From NCBI GenBank assembly GCA_951406725.2, contig OX597820.1, positions 63,488,001 to 63,552,000 of the forward strand: DNA of 64,000 bases. The letters run 5' to 3'. Of this stretch, positions 52,876-64,000 are shown piece after piece (positions within the stretch are counted from its first letter, which is position 1; every line of letters starts with the position of its first letter). The position numbers and the translations under genes are program-made. The DNA comes from Octopus vulgaris. Its lineage: Eukaryota. The notes under the pieces are model-generated. The model was not told the DNA's origin, ran no database searches, and saw only the letters and a program-made list of their open reading frames with translations.

Positions 52876-53734
52876 CCGGGATTCATTAACAGAAGGGTAG
52901 AATTTAACAATGTCTAAATGAGTGAATTTACCTTTAGATATCTTGTATAAATTACCGTACCAAACTATTATTGACGAGCTATCTTTCCAAAATGAAACAT
53001 TAAGAGATTTCATGATATGATTATTAAATGGAATCATGTATAACCTAACTAATTCTTCTTAGTTTCCATTTTGTAGAATTACGGTTTTTATTGAGTATTT
53101 GCACGACCAAATACTCAATTCTGTCGTCTTTCTGAAAGATAAAAGCTAATCGATTCACGTCTTCGTGAATAAGTTTGTGTGTGCGTGGATTAGCTTCGTT
53201 ATAATAATTTTTTATAATGCTTCATAAGTATTTGCGTGCACTTGTTAAAATGTGTTTATATTGATTTATTCTATATTATTTTATTATATGCATTACGTCT
53301 TTTTAGTTGATATTGCTTAACACGTGATTCTCCAGTTGTATTTTGACATATAGATTCGGAGTGTCTTATATATTTTCTAATATAAATATAAATTTTGCGA
53401 TTATTAAATTACAGTGCAACGCAAGAACGTTTCTGTCGCTAAGTCACTTGTATAGCTTTGCAGCTAAATCAAAAACAGAATATACTCTACTATTGCATAT
53501 AGAGTCCAATTCGCTCGACTAATGGTACACGCACACGCACACACATACATGCGCATGCGCACCAGCATTTTTGAGAGCATGTCTGTGATAGCAGGCAATG
53601 CTGCGGTCTGTAAAACGACATGTACTCTAGCATTTATGAAGTCATAAACATCATATACTTACCCATCTCCTTATCGTCTTCATTCGTCGACGGCATCCTC
53701 ATCATCAGCATAAGTAGTATACTGATGATGATGA

Positions 53735-53797
53735 CGGATGTAGTAGTAGTAGTAGTAGTGGTGGTGCATCTGTTATTGTTTGGTGATGCTGGTGACT

Positions 53798-53882
<85 letters not shown>

Positions 53883-54024
53883 CAGCAGCGCTGGTGTTTT
53901 TGTTGTTGGTGTTGTGATAGTAGGCGTAGTAGAAGTGGTAGCAGTAGTAGTACTAGTAACAATGGTCTTTTTGCTATTGTTGCTGTTGGCAGCGGTGGCA
54001 TTATCATTATTATTATAATTATTA

Positions 54025-54121
<97 letters not shown>

Positions 54122-54150
54122 GTGGAGGAGGAGGAGGAGGAGGAGGATGG
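53735..54150. repeat. (TAG)n/(ATT)n/(GAG)n compound microsatellite region
   Basis: Direct reading. Confidence 0.9.
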
Positions 54151-56392
54151 GGTATATTAGCAACAGCAGTAGTTTTCTCTTAATCTTTCTTTGGACTTGT
54201 ATTACAAATTGCTCACTAGTTTTCAATAGCAAATAGAACATATAATGTGAATTAGTCTATTGGTACGTTGACAACATGTTGATGGAAACGAATAATAGAG
54301 AATGAAACGAAATGAACGAGTGGTTTAAACATTATGTAGAAGTAAAGCTTAGACAAAATATTAATGAGACACAGAAACGAATGGAAGTCAGCATGAGATA
54401 TGAATAAGAGAATGAATGAAAAATTAATGTTTTATACATGTTTGAATAAATGAGATATTTAAAGTGCAGAAATTTAAACTTGGTGAAAGATTAAATGTAA
54501 AGATATTAGTTAAGTCTGAATGAGAGAATGAAGGATTAGATAAATGGAAATTGAAGATACGAAGAGCCAGTGAGTAAAAGATCAACAGAATGAAAGAATA
54601 AATAAAAATATGGAACAATAATTGAAGAAATAAAGTGAATGAAAATGACTGAATAATTCAATAAATGAGATGCTGGATACTTGAATGGCAGAAAGAACTG
54701 GATATAATCTTTTTACCATTTACGTGGTTCTGTCACAAGAATGCGTCCATGCTAGGGCACAACCTTGAAGTGTTTTGAATAAATCTATTTTATCGTCCTT
54801 ATTTTAGGTCCTTATTAGGTCCTTATAGGTCCTTATTTTATCGTATTTTTTTTTGTCGAAATGCTAGGCTATAGAGACGTAAAAAGACCATAGAGCTTTC
54901 CAAGTGTGTTCGGAGAAAAACACATACACACACACACACACACACATTCACACACACGCACATGCGCATACATATAAATACAAGTGCGCGTACACACACA
55001 AACATACTGTCTCTCACACACACACGTATTTACGACGGGCTTATTTTTAGTCTATACCAAATCAGGTTCCTTATTATATCGCTTCTTTTGCGGAAACGTT
55101 AGGCTATGTGGACATAAAAAAAAAACATAAAAATTGTCAAACTGTGTTTAGAGACAAACACACACACTCGCGAGCGCGCAAATGTAGAAATACACGCGTA
55201 CACACACATACACACACACTCTGTGTCTCTCATACACACGTGTTACGACGGGCTTATTTCAGTCTCTCTCTGCCAGATCCACTCGCAAGATTTTGGTCGG
55301 CTCAGGGCCCTATAGTTGAACATACTCACCCAATGTAACACAGTGAGACTCAATCTGGAACCTTGAGGTTGGAAAGTAAAATCCTTACCCCACAATCACT
55401 CCGGCACCTATATAATGAATGATATATTGAATAATATAGGATGAAAAAAAAAAGATAATAGATTTAATGAAAAGCAGAGGTTGAATTTCTGAAATCATGG
55501 ATCAAATGTTGCATGGGAATAAATTTGATGTATAAATAAAGTAAAGAAGAATGGAAGTAAAGGATTAATCAAAGATCGAAAAAGTGAAATCTTGAATTGA
55601 TTTATAAAGATTGAAAAGATGAACGAAGATATGTAGTGAAACAGAGATCTATAAAATGAATGAAGAAAATAACGAAGGACTTAAAGACCTAACCAAAGAG
55701 AAAAGACGAAAATAAATTCGATGCAAGAATGAATGAATTTATGAAATATTCGAGGATGATGTGAAGTAACAACAAGGACGGAATAATCGATTAAAAGAAT
55801 GTATAAATGAATAAGGTGGGGAATAAATGAATGCATGAATGATGAAAAGATACAAGGAGGGAATGAATCAATGGACGATTGAAAATGAATAAATGAACAT
55901 TCTATGTTAGTCATGTTTTCGCAGATATGTCATCATCCAGCCATTTTACAATAAGATAGCAGGTTAGTCTAGTAGTAGTAGTTGTAGTAGTAGTAGTAGT
56001 AGTGGTAGGGGAAGGAGAAGGAAGAGAAGGGGGAGATGGTGAAGAGGCTTTGTCACAAAACATTGGCAACATGGAGTAATAATAGGAAGAAAGTTGTGGT
56101 AGATTTGTAAAGAGACAGAAATATACATACATGCATACATATAGATATATATATATACGTGTGTGCGCGCGCGTGTATGTATTTGCGTGTGTGTATTGGA
56201 ATTTATGCACATATGAATACATCCACTCAGGCACACACAAGCACATATATATGGTTACTGATAACCCAAAAGAAATAAATATCTATACATTCATATGCAT
56301 GTTAACGCAAAAGTAAATATGTATATACGTACACACATACGCACGCTCACACACACACACACATATATGTCCGTTGTATTGATATGTATATT

Positions 56393-56431
<39 letters not shown>

Positions 56432-56608
56432 TATATGTCCATATGTACCTACATACTTATATGCACTTACATATATAAATATATATATATATATATATAC
56501 ACATACACAATACATGTATAATTACATGTGTATGTATGCAAATACATCACACTCGCACAGTCACATTCACCTAATAAGACATACTCACGAATACACATAA
56601 TCACACAT

Positions 56609-56643
<35 letters not shown>

Positions 56644-56922
56644 AAAAAGTGATAGTCTGCCAGAGACTGAAAGCTGCAAAGAGAATAAAAGAAACTTTGT
56701 GTAAATTATATGGCGTACTTTTCTTTCCATCATTAGCATCTTTCAGCATGGCGGAAGTGAAACTGCAAGATTCATTGATAGACTTTCACGTCACACAGCA
56801 GCCATTCTCCAACATTACAAGCAGATATTCTACACTTGCCTTAAGACTTATTGCATACACAGCGATCTGAATTTAAACAAATGCGCACCGCAATATGCAG
56901 CCATATATATATATATATATTT

Positions 56923-57025
<103 letters not shown>

Positions 57026-57043
57026 CATATATATATGTATGTA

Positions 57044-57084
<41 letters not shown>

Positions 57085-57758
57085 TTATGTGCATATATGT
57101 ATATAAGTATACATATATCTATACACACAATCATACACATATGTATGTATTTACATAGATATATACTTATATTAATCTGTATGTATATGCACAATTATGC
57201 ATGTATAAGTGGGAGCGCGTGCACACATACGTGTTCATGTCTGTGTGTGTGAATGTACTATATATGTGTGGGCTTCTCTCCTTATGTGTGCTTTGTGTAT
57301 ATATAATATATATAAATGTGTAGAAATGTATGTAAGTGCCTGTACATATTCGTATCCGCTGATTTATATGCACTTGTAATTGTTCAATACGATATTTTGT
57401 ATGTATGTATGTATGTGCCTATGAATGTGTGAGTGTGTGTGTATATATATAGATAGATATAGATAGATATTATTCATACATGCACACAAACACACAAATA
57501 TAGAAGTGCATACGGGATAAGACGACTGGAATTGCCCATTTGGACACTGGTGACTGGCATGCCTGACTGGGAATGAAAACTATTTTGGTGATGCCCTGTT
57601 TTGGGGAAATTTGTTCAAAGTATTGACGGCAAACACGCATACTCATTCACGTACAGGAACACATATACACACACAAATACTCGCACATACGCAAGTACGC
57701 AAATACGTGCAGAAATATAGTCATACATTAGATAGATATATAGATAGATAGATGGATG

Positions 57759-57870
<112 letters not shown>

Positions 57871-59164
57871 GATAAATAGATAGATAGATGATAGAGATAG
57901 ATAGATAGATACAGTGAGTGAGAGAGAGAGAGAGTGAACGAGAGAGAGTAAGGGATGAGTAAGATATTAAAATTCATTTAACTGAAATCTAATGACATGA
58001 ACACTTTCCTTCTCCTCATATGAATAAATTGAAATACGCTCACACACATTAACAGAAACAAGCAGAGGCAGCAGAAAGAGATAAAGAAGGTAAAACAGAC
58101 AGAGATGGACAAAACGAGAGAAACATCAAAATGTATTAAAGGATCGTCATTGCTATAATCACACTGCCTCTTCATATACGAATAACGATAAGATCGTATA
58201 TTCACTTAAACAAATAAAATTTAGAGAAACCCACCGTGAAAAGTATTTATAAAATCGGAGTCATTTAACGTATCTTAATGCTTGTCTGTCTCTCTGTCCT
58301 CTATATTTTATTTTTGCGCAGAGCGCCTAAATTTAAATCCATTGTCAGTCAGTTCTGCTTTGTGACAGATGTACAGAAATCCATCGTGCGAAAATTATTC
58401 TTTTGTACGTTTCATTATTATTTCCACAACCATTATATACATGTAGAGAAACAGAAAATAAAGAGGATTTGGTAGCTGAGTAGTTTAATAGTTGTCATTA
58501 CAAGTTAATAGAATAGAAACGCAAATTCCCGCTGATAACATATCCCAAGGAGAAAGTGTCAGCGACGCCAAATAGGCAGAACGGAACTGCTGCGTTAAAA
58601 CGGCTCATAAGCATTTACACAAAACTGTAAGGAGACAGTAAGATTAGTTTAGAGAGTAGCTTGTGTAGTATTTCCTCCCCAGGCAATATTCGAAAATGTA
58701 ACTGGAATAGCGTTACTGACTATCATCGTTGCGAAGGTGATGCCTCACTGAAGCACGTCATGCCATTACAAGTAATTCTTTACCGTGCGTACATAGCAGC
58801 GTACAAAAACTTGACAATCCATGCCGTTTCACTAAAACTACAATGACTCAAAATGTTAATATCATGGGAATGATCCCTATATGACACGCAATTATTTTCC
58901 ATAAGTCGTAGGAGAAAAGACGTCACAGAAGCAAAAATAATGGAAAGCAAAGATCTAGGTTTCTACATCGTCATAATGCACAGTTCCGAGGTATTCACGG
59001 TAGATGCTTAGTTTTCAAGCTATATATGCAAAAGACACATAGATCGTTCTTCCCTATTCCAACTAATACCTCTCCCATCTGTGCACTTAGAGACCAATAC
59101 AACTTATACCACTCTCCTAATCTCCCCGTATCTCAATCTTTCTCTAAATATATACAGAAGGAAA

Positions 59165-59456
59165 CAGCAGGCTAAGGATGTGTCGATTCTGGGTAAGTGA
59201 AGACCTGAAATTTTTATTGAGGTGGCAAAAAGTCGAAGGAGGACCACAGACCTTCAATATCCTCCCACAAAACCTGTGATATCTGCATGGCGTGGATGTA
59301 GGCTTTTTCAAAACAAAATTAGATCTCCTTCTCTTAAGAGTTCCGGATGAACCTACCTCTAAGCAAGAAACACAGATGAAAGCAGCAACATCAAAGTCCC
59401 TCATCCGCAAAATGTCACGTGAAAGCATAGCTGCAATCCTTTCACTGAAATTGAAA

Positions 59457-59460
<4 letters not shown>
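59165..59460 (+). mobile_element. CR1/L2-group LINE 3' end
   Basis: [37 protein letters not shown] fits the (W/F)N.LP..FK..LD ORF2 C-terminal motif. Ends in (TA)n. Confidence 0.75.
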
Positions 59461-59518
<58 letters not shown>

Positions 59519-59525
59519 GTATATA

Positions 59526-59574
<49 letters not shown>

Positions 59575-59581
<7 letters not shown>

Positions 59582-59692
59582 ATCCAAACAAGAAAACACA
59601 AAAAAAAACCCAAAACACAACGCGAGGACGTGGAACAAATAAAGTATTACTGAACGCTCAGGAAAGAAGGGAAGACAGAGGAAAAAATCGCC
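59575..59692 (-). mobile_element. Family P1 element with the HHR segment deleted
   Basis: Matches both ends of 17805-17995 but lacks the internal HHR region. Confidence 0.75.
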
Positions 59693-59709
59693 CATATATA
59701 CATATATGT

Positions 59710-60769
59710 TACAATGAAAAATGCCAGTGTATGTATGTTAATATTCTTAAGTTATTACAACTGGAAAAGTACGGAACATGATTTCTACTGTAGAATTTGC
59801 CTAATTTGTCACCTTTCAAAGGAACTAAAAAGTACTTCAAATTAATGTACGTAAAATATTGGAGCCGAGAAAAAACATTTTAAAGCTTTACTATATTATA
59901 TTGAAACAAAAAATGACTGTTTTTTTTTTCTTCCCGAAAATGCGCCCAAGAATATATTTAATCCTGCATGAGTTTCTTTTCATGCATAGCCCCTGTAATT
60001 TTCATTATTTTTCAGAAAAATAATTATTTAAGCAAAATTATTTCAGTCCGTATTTAAGCCCACGGGTTTATTTTTGGAAAAAAATAATATTTTAAAAATG
60101 AAATGAATTAAAATAAATTTTTAAAATACAGTAGAATTCGCCTAATTATTCGTCCCTAGGAGAAATCTGAAAGTGACGAATTAGGTGAAATAACGAATTG
60201 CCCAAAGACGAATAAGGCTAATTCTTTTACCCTTGATTTATTTGCCAGATGAAATATTTTTTTAATGTGGAAGAATTGAGTGAGCATATGGTGGATTTGA
60301 AACCATTTTATGATCATTCTACTGCAATCAATGTCTCTCTTTTTTGCAATAGGATTTCAATTCATGTCAGGAAAATATCATATGCAATATTTTATTGTTT
60401 CTATTTTATACAACTTAATAAAATGCCTATTTTAATTCTGTATTTAAAAAGATATGATTTGAAAAAAAAATATTTAAATTTATTTTTAATTACTTTTGTA
60501 CCATACTCTTTGACGATGTATTTGTTTTTTTTAGATTCTCATACTAAATAAAATAAAATAAAATAAAATCTCAAAATTTACCTAATGTTGTATTTTGATT
60601 TTACTTGGTTGCAATATGTTTAGTACAGTAGAAGTATAATTTTGAGTACTTTTGTTTTCTTTTAGAGGCGAAGAATTAAGCAAATTCTACTATAGAAATC
60701 TTGTTCTATACATTTCCAGGTGTAATAACTTAAGAATATTAACATTCATGCGCCCGTAGCTTTCATTGT
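59710..60769. mobile_element. Degenerate inverted-repeat (MITE-like) element
   Basis: 59710-59806 mirrors 60674-60769. An internal related motif TACAGTAGAATTCGCCTAATT lies at 60127. Confidence 0.6.
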
Positions 60770-61231
60770 TATCCACCTTTTCCCACGCAGTGCAATAAAC
60801 TAATAAATATTCTTTTGTTAAGAAATATTTGAATGAAATGAAACTTGAATATATATATATATATTTCCTTTAAAATTAATAATGTTTTACGATAATGAGA
60901 AATGTAATTATAATTGTGAAATATATTAGATCCTATATCTTCATTATATGTAACATTTTGATATTGAAACAAAGTGCATAATACGAACACACCAAAAAAG
61001 AAAGTGCGAAAATTCATTATGAAAAATAGCTTTCAACATAAATGTGAATATTAATATAATACAATTTTTATCATATATCAATAAATAAATAAGCTATATC
61101 TATATATAATTAGAAGAAGTAGCAAGAAGAGGTATGAGAAAATATCAACTATATAGTAAGATGAGAATATGAGCACATGAATAGTAAAGCCATGGCTAAA
61201 TTGAAATTTTTTAAACTGCCAAAATATCCAA

Positions 61232-61374
61232 TGCGTAGGAGTGGCTGTGTGGTAAGAAGTCCCACAACGCGGCACATTAGGCAAGTGTCTTCTACTATAG
61301 TCTCGGGCCGACCAAAGCCTTGTGGGTGTATTTGGTAGACGGAAACTCAAAGAATCGGTTCGTATATATGTATG

Positions 61375-61422
<48 letters not shown>

Positions 61423-61647
61423 GCTTTGGAGATGATGTACCGGTATTATATATTAGAAGAAATAAGGTACTCAGAAATCTGGATGGTTTATATTTACAGA
61501 TATTTATTAATATGTCACATGTTTTTATAAATAAAATATATATAAAAAACATGACATATTAATAAATATTTGTAAATTATAAAACCATCCAGATTACTGA
61601 GTACCTTATTTCTTCTAATATATAATACAGGTACATCATCTCCAAAC

Positions 61648-61706
<59 letters not shown>

Positions 61707-61905
61707 TTGTCCCCCCCAACTTCGATTGACAACCGATGCTGGTGTGTTTACGTCCACGTAACTTAGCGGTTAGGCAAAAGTCACCGATAGAATAAGTATT
61801 AGGCTTGCAAAGAATAAGTCCTGGGGTCGATTTGCTCGACTAAAGCCGGTGCTCCAGCATGGCCACAGTCAAATGACTGAAGCAAGTAAAAGAGCAAAAG
61901 AGTAA
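61232..61905 (+). mobile_element. SINE family B interrupted in its (TA)n by a fold-back insertion
   Basis: Head at 61232-61360 and tail at about 61700-61905, with a palindromic insert at 61420-61651. Confidence 0.85.
61420..61651. repeat. Imperfect fold-back (about 110-bp arms) in (TA)n
   Basis: TTTGGAGATGATGTACC..AATAAGGTACTCAG..CTGGATGGTTT is followed by its slightly diverged reverse complement. Confidence 0.9.
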
Positions 61906-63234
61906 TGCATCCACCGAAAGGTAAGAGGAGACCCCTGCCCTTTTTAAGGCAAAGTTAGTTTGTTAGTCAAAATTCATGGAAAATAAAAATAAAGCCTTGA
62001 ATTCATTTTCTGATCTTGACCTGCCTGAAAAATGAAAAAAAAATCCTGCTGCTCTGAAAAGTTAGCAACTCTTGATAGATCTAATAAGGAATACAATAGT
62101 ATAAATGTCCTTAGAAGAATAAGGAAATAATCGGCAACGCAAGCAGACATCAAGAATATCAGGAGGAAATTATAATTGGTTTTCTATTATTAATTAGTTG
62201 ATCACGATAAAGCGCTATTAATTTACCAAGGGATCTTCTTCTTAGAGGACTTCAAATTCCGATGACTTCGATCTTTTATGAAACTAAGTATGTGTCAGCT
62301 ATACTAATTTGTCTGATTATATCTTATACATTTGTATAATTTGATGGCTGATGTAAAGGTTTTATATGAAAAAAGAAGGCGAATAAAATATTTTGAGAAA
62401 AAATTAAACAAACCTGTGTCTAAAAATTATAGGCTAATAATTGTATTTGAAGAATAGATGAAAATCGAAATGCGTTAGATCTAAAGAAAATAATATGACT
62501 GAAAAAAGACACATAAAGTCAATGTTTATTTAAAATTAAAATATAATTTTATTTGAAGTAGAAGCAATTTTAGAAGAAGAAAAACTTAAACGCTTAAAAT
62601 TGATTTTTATTTTTTAGAGAAAAGTAAAAAATTAAATAACAATGGCAGAATCAGCAAATAATTTTAGACGAGAAGTGTACAATAAAATTGGAAATTTAGC
62701 ATGGATTTTAGTGTTAGTAAATTAATAGATAATGAAAGATGGGAAAATGAAAGTAAAGAAAGAAGAAAAATAACGGTAACGTTTTCACTGTCCAAAAACT
62801 TTAAAAGCAATGAAATTTTGACAAAGAAGCTAACATCATATTAGAAATTCTGATTTTAACAATTAAAACATTAATGAAAACGCATTATCTTATATAGTGT
62901 AGAGCTCATACTACAAAGCAGTTGGTTTAAGGAAATATCGATTAATTAGTAATTGTTGAAAGTTAGTTAATAAATATAATGTCTGTAATTAGAAAATTAG
63001 AAGCTGGATAGGTAAGCTTAACGTGGTACACTATTAATTAGCAGTTACATGCGTAATGGGTGAATACATTTATTCCAAAGAGTATAGCCCTTTTATGTTT
63101 GTTTTACCTTTTATGTAATGAATGGTTACATAATATTTCAAATCTATACCAGTTGGACTGATGGACGAGAGTCATGCCTGAAATTTCGTAGTTTAAATTG
63201 TTGTGTGATAGAGCAAGGGAAGAAAGTTTCTTCG

Positions 63235-63900
63235 CTAAAGTTCAAAATATTCGATGTGTGTTATAATGTTTGAATTCTCAGCTATACAATGGTGGCATTT
63301 TCTTTCTCTTCCGTTATTTGCTGACGTTAGCGACGATGTTGAAGAATATTTGGAGGTTGTCCACTCTACTATTTTAAGGTTATTTTCCACATTAGGCAAA
63401 ATATGGTATTTTTTAAAAATTATTATCTCCAAACGAAGCCTAGTACTGCAGGTATTCTTCCTTGATGTTATTTCCACTTATAACAATATAGGTTCTTACA
63501 GTTTTATATAACATGTCATTGATCTTAATCTTGTAATTTAACTATTATTCAAGAGAGGTATTATGCAAAGGACAGCAACTGGGGACTCTAGATAGTCGGT
63601 TCTAATGCTATTATTTTTATTGTCCTTAAATATTCCATAACCTATTGAAGGTCTTATATTGTGAGAATGTGGCTTTGAAGTCACATTTATGCTGCTTGGA
63701 GGATTATATGGTAAAAGTTTTCTCTGGGTACATGTATGATTGTTTCGACGTAGATTACAGTGTTCTTAAAATGAGGTGCTTCTAAGAATCCGTTGTAATA
63801 TGGAAATGAATTTTTGAGAGTTGCTTTGCAAGATGAAATGTTGGAAACACACCTACGTATACAATAAAATGTTTTGCTCATTTTTGTCATAATACACATG
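63235..63900 (-). mobile_element. Penelope-like element remnant (thumb to GIY-YIG C-terminus)
   Basis: VSNISSCKA..FPYYNGFL, CCPLHN, STRL..IVEW..CHHCIAEN..II (cf. C.LCL.EK..II). Confidence 0.6.
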
Positions 63901-64000
63901 GTGAGACTACTCTTAATACGTTCTGTACTGGAGCGTCGTACCTGTGAACCACAATTCTGGAGTCATCTATTGCATTGTTAAATGTATGGGTGTCGTGGGA

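Noticed and set aside
63155-63195. Hammerhead-like CUGAUGG..GAAAU..GUA on +
   Set aside because: A9 is substituted and stems I and II do not pair convincingly.

Overview
This is AT-rich, microsatellite-saturated eukaryotic DNA, most likely octopus/coleoid cephalopod (inferred from SINE architecture and repeat content, not from a database hit). I found no intact host gene, and most ORF-track entries are translated microsatellites. The window is a transposon graveyard: tRNA-derived SINEs, Tc1/mariner, Tigger and hAT remnants, non-autonomous Helitrons, R4/Dong-type LINE copies in (TAA)n, a CR1-like 3' end and several Penelope-like (PLE) remnants. The main signal is RNA structure, with about 13 hammerhead-ribozyme (HHR) motifs found by eye. 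Three stand out: (i) a perfect 360-bp x 2.14 tandem array at 4149-4917 with one type I HHR per unit, a candidate retrozyme/circular-RNA element, plus a nested opposite-polarity HHR-like motif; (ii) a diverged, structurally covarying relative at about 12590-12823; (iii) a strand-scrambled, pseudoknotted HHR at 19543-19614 whose topology fits none of types I/II/III. All folds were done by hand, and activity is untested.
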